A DNA stretch of 64,000 nucleotides, from the NCBI GenBank assembly GCA_965208125.1, contig OZ242320.1, positions 4,672,001 to 4,736,000 of the forward strand. The letters run 5' to 3'. This document shows, in pieces, positions 55,412-64,000 of this stretch; within the stretch, counting starts at the first letter, position 1, and each line of letters starts with the position of its first letter. Origin of the DNA: Candidatus Latescibacterota bacterium. GTDB lineage: Bacteria; Latescibacterota; UBA2968. A program made the position numbers and the translations under genes. Below the pieces are notes generated by a model that saw only the letters and a list, made by a program, of their open reading frames with translations, did no database searches and was not told where the DNA came from.

Positions 55412-56593
55412 TCAAACGGCCTGTGTTCGGCGCCCGAGTGCTCGGATACGGCCGTTTTTGATTTTTTGAATAATTTGATCGGATAGAAGGTGAAAAATAG
55501 GCAGACCAATCCCCGTGCAAATAAAGTACGGGGGAGCTATTTCGGGCGCAATAGATTCAAAGCATACGATTGCAAGGAGGCCCTGCGAGAAGAGCGGAAG
55601 CCAGGCTTGAACAGGTTGCGAGGTGAAGTGCCTACATAACAGACCACCTACAATTTTGCCCAAAATCAAGGCTGTGATCAGGGCATAAAAATGAGGCGGT
55701 ACGGAGGGCATTTGCCAGTCTAAAATAAGGCCACTAACATAGTGTGCGAGGGCAAAAGCAATCAGTGCCTCTGCATTTGGTGGGCGCGTATTGGGCCTCA
55801 GTCCGCGTTTGGTGCGCAAGGACAATGCAAGGCCTACTGTCCAGGCCAAAATAAGGGGCTGAATCCAAATGTACCACGAAGCAAGCGCGATCAGGAATGA
55901 CAGGGCAAACCAACTCGTAAACTGGCCTGTGGGAGTGTGGATATGTTGCAGCCAGCGATGCACGAGTTCAATGCCAATAACTCCGATCATAACAGTCAGT
56001 GCGATATCGGCGGCAAGATGGAGGAAGGAATCGAACCCGTCATTCAGGATGAATTCGACGCCAAAAATAAGCCCTGTTAAAAAGAGCAAGCAGAGACCAA
56101 TTGCCGTAACACATAAAGAAAAAGGCCATGTATCTCGCAGGTTGTGTTCTGTGCGGTCTAAAAATATGGGGGCTGAGATGCCTGATAGGATGGCAAGTTG
56201 CAAGGTGGTAACTAAGTGGAGGTCGAAAAAGATGAGTACTGAAAAGGTTGTGAAAACGGGGGCTGCATACAGGTAAATGCTACCCGTAAGCAAACGCTGA
56301 TTTGCGAGGATAGGACGGGAGAGCGATGTGCCCAAATAAAGGCCGACCCAGGCCATTGCGATATCTGCAAAAGGTTTCATACTCTGGTGACTTTCAGCGG
56401 TTGTAATAGGTGCGAAGCCAATGGCGAGGCCCGCGGCAATCATGCCCAGAACATCGGGCAATTTGGCGCGATGAGCCAGTCGCGCACCCACGATAGAGGC
56501 CGTCATCAGAAAGCCGACCCAGACCATTTCGGGGGGTGATTGGAGCAGCCAGATAAGGATACCGATACCAAGTATTATGCAAAGAAGGCGCAT
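55412..56593 (-). CDS. Polytopic membrane protein, divergent cation:proton antiporter-like
   Basis: About 11-12 hydrophobic helices; KLPDVLGMIAAGLAIG, LGKIVG, SQG. Confidence 0.55.
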   Translation of the reverse strand: MRLLCIILGIGILIWLLQSPPEMVWVGFLMTASIVGARLAHRAKLPDVLGMIAAGLAIGFAPITTAESHQSMKPFADIAMAWVGLYLGTSLSRPILANQRLLTGSIYLYAAPVFTTFSVLIFFDLHLVTTLQLAILSGISAPIFLDRTEHNLRDTWPFSLCVTAIGLCLLFLTGLIFGVEFILNDGFDSFLHLAADIALTVMIGVIGIELVHRWLQHIHTPTGQFTSWFALSFLIALASWYIWIQPLILAWTVGLALSLRTKRGLRPNTRPPNAEALIAFALAHYVSGLILDWQMPSVPPHFYALITALILGKIVGGLLCRHFTSQPVQAWLPLFSQGLLAIVCFESIAPEIAPPYFICTGIGLPIFHLLSDQIIQKIKNGRIRALGRRTQAV

Positions 56594-56603
56594 GGAAATC
56601 GTC

Positions 56604-57821
56604 TCAAGTTTGAGATTGTGGTGAATTAGTGGGTGGTATGAGTATCATTTGACTCAGAAAAACAGCAATTACGAGTCCCGTCATAAGCGTGTAGTGCTGA
56701 AAGTCGAGGAGGTAAATGGCTTGTATACCAACAGCGATACTCAGCGTGCCCTGAGGGTGCCAGCTCATGGTGAGCAATTCGCGCCAGGTCTGCGGTATTT
56801 GCCAGAAGGTTTGGGAGACCGTAAAACCGATTGTGCGGCCCATTCCACGCACGAGTATCATTGTGAGGGCAAGTGGAAATAGAGGTGACCAGAGGAAAAA
56901 GATATCACCGCCAAATTCCCCTATTATTGAGCCGATCAGAGCAAAAAAGATCGGCTCAATAACATCATTTGCGCGTGTTGTAAATTCGATGACCTCGCGT
57001 TTTGCCACAGTTGTGTTAATCAGCCAGATACCCGCCAGAAATCCCACAGCAAGAGATGGTAGGCCCGGTGCTTGGCACAAACCAGAAAGGGCGATCACAA
57101 TGCCCAGGACGAGACTTAGTGCGCGAGCACCCGTGCGGTGGCTGCGAAATGAAAAATCGAGCGCGATGCCTCCGACCACGCCTGCGCCGAGCATGAGCAG
57201 TGCAATACCAGTTGCGCCTATAAATGGCAAGCTTCCCAAATAAAAAATGGGATTTTCTGCAAGCGGAGGAAAAGCGATGCACAACACAGCCAGGGCAGCG
57301 ATATTGCCAAGTGGCAGATTTTGACTCGGAACTGGGTTTGGTATAGGGCGGTTAGGCCATTGGAAAAAAGGTGTGGGAAAGCGTGCAGTAAGAGCGAAAC
57401 TGGTGAGCAGGACGATGGCGAGGGGTAAATTTTGGAGCAATCCGAGGTAGCGATAAAGTATCAAACCACTGGCGAAGGCCGCAAGGACAGTGAATCCGCC
57501 TGTGGCGAGTACAACGGCTGCTTGTGAGTAAATCACTGAGATCCCCTGCTCTCGCAGATTTTGGTGGTCTGTAGATAGGCCTGCTTGCAGGCCAATCCAC
57601 AGCAAAATAGCGCCGATGCAATTGTACCGCACCACTTCAAACAGGTGAAACACCTCATCGGTTTCAGAAAAAAACATCCCTACGAGAACACCGAGGAGTA
57701 AATAATGTGCTCTGCCTATTCGCAGACTATCTATCAGCGGGTGGGGCGGCATCCACCGAAAAATTTTTTGGCCGAGAAAAAAAGCACCAAAACCGACAAT
57801 TAAGCTAAAAATAAAGGCCAT
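56604..57821 (-). CDS. Polytopic membrane protein, cation:proton antiporter (CPA2)-like
   Basis: YLLLGVLVG, IEPIFFALIG, VRGMGR, PQG...IAV. Confidence 0.6.
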   Translation of the reverse strand: MAFIFSLIVGFGAFFLGQKIFRWMPPHPLIDSLRIGRAHYLLLGVLVGMFFSETDEVFHLFEVVRYNCIGAILLWIGLQAGLSTDHQNLREQGISVIYSQAAVVLATGGFTVLAAFASGLILYRYLGLLQNLPLAIVLLTSFALTARFPTPFFQWPNRPIPNPVPSQNLPLGNIAALAVLCIAFPPLAENPIFYLGSLPFIGATGIALLMLGAGVVGGIALDFSFRSHRTGARALSLVLGIVIALSGLCQAPGLPSLAVGFLAGIWLINTTVAKREVIEFTTRANDVIEPIFFALIGSIIGEFGGDIFFLWSPLFPLALTMILVRGMGRTIGFTVSQTFWQIPQTWRELLTMSWHPQGTLSIAVGIQAIYLLDFQHYTLMTGLVIAVFLSQMILIPPTNSPQSQT

Positions 57822-57920
57822 CAAATGCCTACACTTTAAGGATAACAGGTGTCGTCTTTACTGCGGTGGATTATACTTTTTTCCAAAGTTTGGGTCAAGA
57901 GCGAAGTTGACGACCTGCGC

Positions 57921-57949
57921 TTGACAGTCATAAAAATATAGTGTATAGT
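57921..57949 (+). promoter_or_regulatory. sigma70-type promoter of the rsbW-like/hpf/hprK operon
   Basis: TTGACA-N17-TATAGT. Confidence 0.7.
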
Positions 57950-58067
57950 CAAGATTGAGTTGTAAGAGATGGAATTTGAAAGAGTCCCTTCCCCATAGTT
58001 CTGCTAATGTTATGCTGTGCGTGGGGGCGGATGGCCGGGTACTGATAGCACAAATTCTGGAGGCCCT

Positions 58068-58514
58068 ATGTCCAATTCATTACCTCAGGTGCTAATGCAC
58101 AGTGCCCCAAGTTTGTACGAGCATCTCGACGCATTTGCCCAGATTGTTGAGTCGGCCGTTCAGATAGCAGGCGCTTCAGAAGATGAGCAAGTTGATCTGA
58201 TGGTTGCTATCATGGAAGCTCTCAACAATGCGATTGATCATGGCAATGGGGAAGATGCTTCGAAGAAAGTACATCTCAAGATCGATATCCACCCCGCTTT
58301 CATCACGGTCTGGGTACAGGACGAGGGAGGAGGTTTTGATCCCAATGCCGCACCTGACCCACTTGCGCCAGAAAATCTAATGAATAATTCCGGGCGCGGG
58401 CTTTTGATGATGCGTGCGTTTATGGATGAAGTGGATTTTATGCCCTCTCAGAAGGGTACACTGGTTAAAATGATCAAGTATTTTTCCTCTAAGTCGTCAC
58501 CATCTCACTGTTGA
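58068..58514 (+). CDS. RsbW-like anti-sigma factor / HATPase_c Ser kinase
   Basis: EALNNAIDHGN, DEGGGFD, PDP, SGRGLLMM...MDEV. Confidence 0.9.
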   Translation: MSNSLPQVLMHSAPSLYEHLDAFAQIVESAVQIAGASEDEQVDLMVAIMEALNNAIDHGNGEDASKKVHLKIDIHPAFITVWVQDEGGGFDPNAAPDPLAPENLMNNSGRGLLMMRAFMDEVDFMPSQKGTLVKMIKYFSSKSSPSHC

Positions 58515-58524
58515 GGAGGATGCC

Positions 58525-58839
58525 ATGCAAATTGTCATTTCTGGACATCATTACCATGTCTCGGACAGTACGCGTGCCCATATTAAAGCTGCTGTCTCTC
58601 GGTTTGAGCGATTTTATACGCCAGTGCTGGGTTGTCATGTCACCATTAAAAAAGAGGAGCCTGCCTTTCGCGTTGATATTATTGTCAATGTGCATGGACA
58701 AACCCTCAAAGCTTCCAACACTGGCAGTAAGCTCTTTCCCGTTATTGATGGTTCGGCAAAGAAGATGATCCGACAATTAAAGAAACTTCGCGACCGACGT
58801 AGAAAACCTCGCGTTATTTCTGGTCTAAGTGGGGTATAA
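58525..58839 (+). CDS. hpf: Ribosome hibernation promoting factor (short HPF/RaiA)
   Basis: MQIVISGHH, VHGQTLKA, ID...KMIRQLKK; upstream of hprK. Confidence 0.85.
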   Translation: MQIVISGHHYHVSDSTRAHIKAAVSRFERFYTPVLGCHVTIKKEEPAFRVDIIVNVHGQTLKASNTGSKLFPVIDGSAKKMIRQLKKLRDRRRKPRVISGLSGV

Positions 58840-58842
58840 GCC

Positions 58843-59811
58843 GTGCCACAGATTTCTATTGGCAAGATGTTAGAGGATTATGGTGACCAACTCTCGCTTT
58901 TGTCCGTTGCTGGACAGGAGGGGATTGGCAATACACTATCTACCAGCGATGTCCATCGGCCTGGTCTCGCACTTGCGGGTTTTCTCGGTCTTTTTACTTT
59001 TGACCGCGTTCAGGTTATGGGCAATACGGAGATGCTCTATCTGTCGAGCCTTGATCCCGACGTTTGTCGCCAAACTCTTGAAACCATTTTTCAGTTTGAT
59101 ATTCCCTGTATGGTTATTACAGACGGTAATGAAGTGCTACCCGTGATGGTCGAATTGTCCAATGCACGGCAAATTCCCCTGCTGACCACACCGTTTGCAA
59201 CTACCAAGTTCGCCCACCTTTTTTCTTATTATCTCGACGATGTATTTGCACCGCGAACGGCCATTCACGGTTCGCTGGTCGATGTATATGGCATTGGACT
59301 ATTATTTGTTGGTGCAAGTGGGATTGGAAAAAGTGAGATTGCCGTTGACCTCGTTGAACGCGGGCACCGATTGGTCGCGGATGATGTCGTGCTCGTGTCG
59401 CGCAAGTTACAAGGCATAATTGTAGGCAGCAGTGGAGAAACACTGCGCGATCATATAGAAATACGCGGTCTTGGCATTTTGAATGTCCGCAATATGTTTG
59501 GTGTACGAGCCGTTCGCATGCAAAAGCGCATTGAGGTTGTTGTCAAGCTCATTAAATGGGATGAAACCGCGGCGTACGATCGCATTGGGCTCGATGAGGA
59601 TTGGATCTCGATTCTCGACCTCGAGGTGCCGCAGGTTACAGTGCCGATATATCCAGGGAAAAATATTACGGTGATTGCTGAGACGATTGCTCTGAATTAT
59701 CAACTCAAAATACAGGGCTATCACACGGCACAAGAATTCAATCGTCGCCTTGTTGAGCGCATGAAAAACAAAATTCGGGACGATATGTCTATTCGCGCGG
59801 ATATCGAGTAA
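58843..59811 (+). CDS. hprK: HPr(Ser) kinase/phosphorylase
   Basis: RPGLALAGF, HGSLVDVYGIG, GASGIGKSE, RGHRLVADD, EIRGLGI. Confidence 0.97.
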   Translation: MPQISIGKMLEDYGDQLSLLSVAGQEGIGNTLSTSDVHRPGLALAGFLGLFTFDRVQVMGNTEMLYLSSLDPDVCRQTLETIFQFDIPCMVITDGNEVLPVMVELSNARQIPLLTTPFATTKFAHLFSYYLDDVFAPRTAIHGSLVDVYGIGLLFVGASGIGKSEIAVDLVERGHRLVADDVVLVSRKLQGIIVGSSGETLRDHIEIRGLGILNVRNMFGVRAVRMQKRIEVVVKLIKWDETAAYDRIGLDEDWISILDLEVPQVTVPIYPGKNITVIAETIALNYQLKIQGYHTAQEFNRRLVERMKNKIRDDMSIRADIE

Positions 59812-59825
59812 CTATGGAGGTATAA

Positions 59826-60752
59826 ATGAAATTAAAGTGTGTCGTCTTATTGTTATTTGGACTCATGGGGTGTGGGGGACAGAGTGCTTTGGAAAGCGAT
59901 GCCCAGCGCATGCTGGCTTCTGTTCGGGATATAGAAGAAGAATTGGACGATTTACCGCAGGCGATTGCGCGGTATGGAGAAATTACAGCGCAATTCCCAC
60001 ACACTGAAGCCGAAAAAACTGCACGCGTGCGCCGGGCGCTACTCGAGCGGGTACAGATGCGCCTGGCAGATCGAGAATCTATTCCGGAAGATAGTATAGA
60101 AGCATTTTACGAGGGTGTGGTCGAGATCGCGCCCGATTATTTTGCCACGTTGAAGAAACTCGGCACAAATTATAGTAATCAGATGCACTTCACCACTCGT
60201 TTTGCGGCCAATACAGGGGCGGTGCAGATAAAAGAGCAAGCTATAGGAATATGGGAGAAGCAAGATCGCATGTGGTCGCGCTACACCTTTCGCCCCATTC
60301 CATCAAATCGTTTCTGGCAGGATCAGTTGTGCAAGGACGCGCTGAATATTACAGAGATGTTAATTGATAAGTCTTTTCGCGAGTACAATCGCGCGCTGGA
60401 TATTATCAATAAGGGATTGGATTATGCTTCGGGCGAGGATGTGATTTCACGAGCCAAAGTCTATGCCGCCTATTGCACGTTTTGGCAGGGCAAAACAGAA
60501 GACTTTGAACAGGGCGTTGCACTGGCAAGAGAGGCTTTGAGCTATGAATTTTTGTCGGATAATAATCGCGCGCGCGCCTATCATGTGATTGGTCTGTGTT
60601 ACACGTATATCTATCAGGATACAGAGGACCTGGCGCATCTCGATGAGGCGATAAAAGCACTCAATGAAGCTGTGAATATTGATGGGAATATGGGTGAGGC
60701 CAAGCAATTGCTCAAAGCATTGCGACAACAGAGAGGAAGAGTAGCGTCTTAA
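59826..60752 (+). CDS. TPR-like lipoprotein
   Basis: Lipobox LMGC; helical repeats e.g. ARAYHVIGLCY, AIKALNEAVNID. Confidence 0.65.
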   Translation: MKLKCVVLLLFGLMGCGGQSALESDAQRMLASVRDIEEELDDLPQAIARYGEITAQFPHTEAEKTARVRRALLERVQMRLADRESIPEDSIEAFYEGVVEIAPDYFATLKKLGTNYSNQMHFTTRFAANTGAVQIKEQAIGIWEKQDRMWSRYTFRPIPSNRFWQDQLCKDALNITEMLIDKSFREYNRALDIINKGLDYASGEDVISRAKVYAAYCTFWQGKTEDFEQGVALAREALSYEFLSDNNRARAYHVIGLCYTYIYQDTEDLAHLDEAIKALNEAVNIDGNMGEAKQLLKALRQQRGRVAS

Positions 60753-60755
60753 GGT

Positions 60756-62063
60756 ATGAAAAAAATTGTTTGTAAATTTGGTGGTTCATCGGTCGCCGAT
60801 GCGGCGCAAGTCGAGAAGGTAGTGTCTATTGTGCAGAGCGATGAACGCCGTTGTTTTGTCGTGCCTTCCGCGCCGGGTAAACGGTCTGATGATGATACAA
60901 AAATTACTGATTTGCTCTATTTGTGCCACGAACTCGCGCGACAAAATGTCGATTTCTCAGAGCCTTTCAAAAAAATTAGTACGCGGTATTTGGATCTCTC
61001 AAAGACTCTCGGCGTATCGATAGATATAGAGGGATTGCTCGCTGAAGTTGAAGATAGGATCGCAGGGGGCGCAGGGCGAGATTATGTGGCCTCTCGCGGC
61101 GAGTATTTGTGCGGGCGCATTCTATCCGATGTTTTGGGTGCTGTGTTTGTCGATCCAGCCGAGGCGATTCTCTTTCGGGCTGATGGACGTCTCGATAGCG
61201 ATTCATATGGGCGGCTGAGGGCGCATCTTTCAGATGAACAACTCTATGTTATTCCGGGGTTCTATGGTGCGAATGCAGAGGGCGAGATCGTGACATTTTC
61301 CCGCGGTGGCTCGGATATTACCGGTGCGATTGTCGCCCGCGCAGTTGGAGCAGAAGTGTACGAAAACTGGACGGATGTGTCCGGGTTGCTCATGGCCGAT
61401 CCCCGCATGGTGCCCAATCCTTTGCCCGTAGAGGAGATTACGTATCGAGAAATGCGCGAGTTGGCCTATATGGGAGCCGATGTTTTGCACGACGAGGCAA
61501 TGTTTCCAGTGCGCGCGGCTGAAATTCCCATTCACATACGAAATACCAATCGGTCAGAGGATGCCGGCACGCTGATTTTGCCGAGCCGAGAGCTTACAGA
61601 GCGCCTGATCGCCGGGGTTGCGGGGCGTCCCAATTTTAGCATGCTATTTATTGAAAAAGATTTGATGAATCAGACGACGGGGTTTGGGCAGCGGGTCCTG
61701 GAGGTGGTTGCGCGACACGGGATCAGTTATGATCACACGCCGTCTGGCATCGATACAATGTCGGTGATCATACAGGATGAGCAATTGGATGGCAAGGGCG
61801 AACTTCTCGTCGAAGACATTCAACGCATTATCGAGCCTGATCGCGTCGAATTGATCCACGGACTTGCGCTGATTGCAACGGTTGGCGAGGGGATGTCGCA
61901 CAGGGTTGGCATTGCTGCGCGTCTGTTTACTGCGCTGGCAGATGCAGGTGTGAATGTACGGGTGATTGATCAAGGGGCTTCAGAGATCAATATTATTGTG
62001 GGAGTTGAAGAAGCGGATCTCGAGACCGCACTGGTCGCTATTTATCGCGCTTTTGTAAAATAG
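60756..62063 (+). CDS. lysC: Aspartate kinase
   Basis: KFGGSSVAD, SAPGKR, SRGE, TFSRGGSDITG, WTDVSG, two ACT domains. Confidence 0.96.
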   Translation: MKKIVCKFGGSSVADAAQVEKVVSIVQSDERRCFVVPSAPGKRSDDDTKITDLLYLCHELARQNVDFSEPFKKISTRYLDLSKTLGVSIDIEGLLAEVEDRIAGGAGRDYVASRGEYLCGRILSDVLGAVFVDPAEAILFRADGRLDSDSYGRLRAHLSDEQLYVIPGFYGANAEGEIVTFSRGGSDITGAIVARAVGAEVYENWTDVSGLLMADPRMVPNPLPVEEITYREMRELAYMGADVLHDEAMFPVRAAEIPIHIRNTNRSEDAGTLILPSRELTERLIAGVAGRPNFSMLFIEKDLMNQTTGFGQRVLEVVARHGISYDHTPSGIDTMSVIIQDEQLDGKGELLVEDIQRIIEPDRVELIHGLALIATVGEGMSHRVGIAARLFTALADAGVNVRVIDQGASEINIIVGVEEADLETALVAIYRAFVK

Positions 62064-62085
62064 GGAAAGAAACTGGGAGGGATTT

Positions 62086-63135
62086 ATGAAAATTCTCGTG
62101 ACGGGATCACACGGAAGGGTAGGGGGCAATCTGGTCAGACGTTTGCTCGACAAAGGCCACGATATACGCGGCTTTGTCTATCCCGGCGATGCCAGCCGGG
62201 CAGATAAATGGGAAGGCATTGATGCAGTCGAGGTCGTAGAAGGCGACTTGCGCGATTGCGATGCCGTATCTCGTGCGGTTGAGGGTGTGGATGCCATATA
62301 TCATCTGGCAGCGGCTTTTGCAAGCCCGCATAGCCATATCGAATATTTGCAGATCAATGGGCTGGGCACACTGCATTTGCTCGAAGCGGTGCGAGAGAAA
62401 GTTCCCAATTTGCAGCGTTTTGTCTATGCTTGTACAGAAGCGATATACTGGAAGGTTGAAGAGGCTGGGCGTTTGTTTGAGAAGCCAATTTCCGAAGATA
62501 TGGTCAGCGCGACTAAAGCGATGCCCTATTTTTTAACCAAGTGGATCGGCGAAGAACTGGTGATGAATTACCATGTTCAATACGGCGTTCCGAGCGTTGT
62601 GTGTCGGTTTGCGACTATTTTTGAACCGAGTGAGTTTTTGACCGAAGATGGCGTTCCCAAGTTTTGTACCCTCAGGCCTCCGCTCGAACGATTGCGACGC
62701 CAGAAAAACCCCACGGATGAACAGAGGGAGCAACTCACGTCTATGGAAAAAGCATGGGCAGATGGTGCGCGGGTTCTGGTTAGCAGGTGCCCCGATGGTA
62801 GGAGTTTTAAGCAGGAGTGGGCAGATGTGCGGGATATCGCCCTGGGCCTTTCTCTGAGTTTGGAGCGCGATGAAGCTGTGGGCGAGGCATTTACCCTTGG
62901 TGGAATGCTCATCGTGTGGGAAGACGATGTTCCAAAAGTTGCCGATTATCTCGGCGTAGGCTATACAGAAGCGACCATGTCTGCGCCGAATTTTTTTGAA
63001 TTTGATCGAACAAAAACCCAAAATCTTCTCGGATATCACGCCGAGCATGACTTGTGGAGCACGCTAAATACGGCTCTGGCGATGCAAGAGGGCAAGGAGA
63101 CAGATGTTGTTCCCACAGGTGTGCGATACGGATAA
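62086..63135 (+). CDS. NAD-dependent epimerase/dehydratase (extended SDR)
   Basis: ILVTGSHGRVG, IYHLAA, YFLTK (YxxxK). Confidence 0.9.
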   Translation: MKILVTGSHGRVGGNLVRRLLDKGHDIRGFVYPGDASRADKWEGIDAVEVVEGDLRDCDAVSRAVEGVDAIYHLAAAFASPHSHIEYLQINGLGTLHLLEAVREKVPNLQRFVYACTEAIYWKVEEAGRLFEKPISEDMVSATKAMPYFLTKWIGEELVMNYHVQYGVPSVVCRFATIFEPSEFLTEDGVPKFCTLRPPLERLRRQKNPTDEQREQLTSMEKAWADGARVLVSRCPDGRSFKQEWADVRDIALGLSLSLERDEAVGEAFTLGGMLIVWEDDVPKVADYLGVGYTEATMSAPNFFEFDRTKTQNLLGYHAEHDLWSTLNTALAMQEGKETDVVPTGVRYG

Positions 63136-63214
63136 GATGCTACATAATGGGGAGATCCTATGGCTTTCTTTTGCAGGTATATTCCGATTCTGGTATGCGC
63201 TGATTGTTTTTTGG

Positions 63215-63334
63215 CGAAATTTGCTCGATACCAGGCCGCCGCTGGTCAATGTGGAACAAGCCTACGATGGTTTTACGCACGATCCCAAAGGTCGGCAGTT
63301 GAAGTTGGCGGTGACATATAAGCTCGGGCGTTGA
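63215..63334 (+). pseudogene. Possible relic 3' end of a TonB-dependent receptor gene
   Basis: RNLLDTRPP...YD...HDPKGRQLKLAVTYKL resembles the final strands of TonB-dependent receptors; no upstream barrel present. Confidence 0.45.
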
Positions 63335-63347
63335 TGAAAGGAATATT

Positions 63348-64000
63348 TTGAAAACGCATTTAGAAGGAATACATGACAGAGAGTATCGCAAGCTATTCGG
63401 TTTAGATATTTACTTGACCCCAGTGTTTGTGATTGCCGGTATTACCATTATTGCATTTGTCACTGGCGCTCTTGTTTTTCAGGAAGCTGCGACTGAAGGG
63501 TTTAAAAATATCCGCGAGTGGCTCACTGCGAACCTCGATTGGTTTTTTCTCATTGCTGCTAATCTCGTTGTGCTCTTTTGTCTTTATGTCGCACTTTCGC
63601 CCCTCGGGAAGGTTCGTCTGGGCGGTACAGATGCAAAACCCGAATACACCTATTTAACCTATCTTGCCATGCTTTTTGCGGCTGGCGTGGGCATAGGTTT
63701 GCTGTTTTTTGGGGTGGCGGAGCCTGTGTACTACTATCAAAATCCGCCGCTCGGTATTACGCCCAGAACAGATGAGGCCGCTGCCGTGGGGATAGCGGCG
63801 ACGGTTTTCCACTGGGGGCTACACGGTTGGGCAATTTATGGCGTCGTTGGGCTCGCTCTGGGATACTTTGCGTACAATCGGGGATTGCCCCTTACCATTC
63901 GCTCGGCATTCTATCCCTTATTTGGTGACCGCGTCTGGGGTTGGCCCGGACATATTATTGATACTTTCGCGATATTTGCGGGATTGTTTGGGCTTGCCAC
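63348..64000 (+). CDS. BCCT family (betaine/carnitine/choline) transporter, 3' truncated by window edge
   Basis: TTG start after AAAGGA; GKVRLGG..AKPEY, AMLFAAGVGIGLLFFGVAEP, FHWGLHGWAIY, PLTIRSAFYP; absent from the ORF track because no stop lies in the window. Confidence 0.93.
   Translation, partial: MKTHLEGIHDREYRKLFGLDIYLTPVFVIAGITIIAFVTGALVFQEAATEGFKNIREWLTANLDWFFLIAANLVVLFCLYVALSPLGKVRLGGTDAKPEYTYLTYLAMLFAAGVGIGLLFFGVAEPVYYYQNPPLGITPRTDEAAAVGIAATVFHWGLHGWAIYGVVGLALGYFAYNRGLPLTIRSAFYPLFGDRVWGWPGHIIDTFAIFAGLFGLA

Noticed and set aside
63373-63405. ATG 63373 as the BCCT start
   Set aside because: That frame stops after 10 codons; the BCCT frame starts at TTG 63348
1-64000. CRISPR array, rRNA, transposase, prophage or known defence system
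   Set aside because: No regularly spaced 25-45 bp repeats or recognisable cas, transposase, phage or defence genes seen by eye

Overview
A gene-dense bacterial chromosomal segment (roughly 50-55% GC by eye) with about 60 CDS and one tRNA-Leu(GAG). I found no rRNA, CRISPR array, integrase or transposase. In order: radC (partial), a DUF62 SAM hydrolase/halogenase-family gene, a HAD + HAD-YvcK fusion pair, comF and the pfk-gap-pgk-tpiA-secG-tRNA-Leu block. Next is a catabolic region (about 12-25 kb) with 3 sulfatases, 4 Gfo/Idh/MocA oxidoreductases (a fifth lies at 35.5 kb), an enolase-superfamily enzyme, a PhyH dioxygenase, an S9 peptidase and an esterase. Then come a large secreted S8 protease, a GAF-membrane protein plus class II cytochrome c pair, SRAP and a long UxaA-like dehydratase. 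An Fe/Mn uptake island follows (DtxR-feoAB, then troABCD with both permeases fused to DtxR-like domains, then mntR). The window ends with a metalloprotease, map, a GT3 glycogen-synthase-like gene with a lipoprotein and beta-barrel, two antiporter-like genes, rsbW-like-hpf-hprK, lysC and a partial BCCT transporter. The gene content is reminiscent of FCB-group lineages such as Ca. Latescibacterota; this is inference only. Top leads: (1) an ArsC/Spx-family selenoprotein truncated in the ORF track, with an in-frame UGA in a UxxC motif and a SECIS-like hairpin; (2) an NKFDE-type GAF fused to a minimal PepSY-TM-like module, next to a lipoprotein cytochrome c; (3) the HAD-YvcK/CofD fusion coupled to a paralogous HAD; (4) a shared dockerin/EF-hand-like tag on three unrelated secreted proteins. 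All family calls come from recognising motifs by eye; no searches were run.
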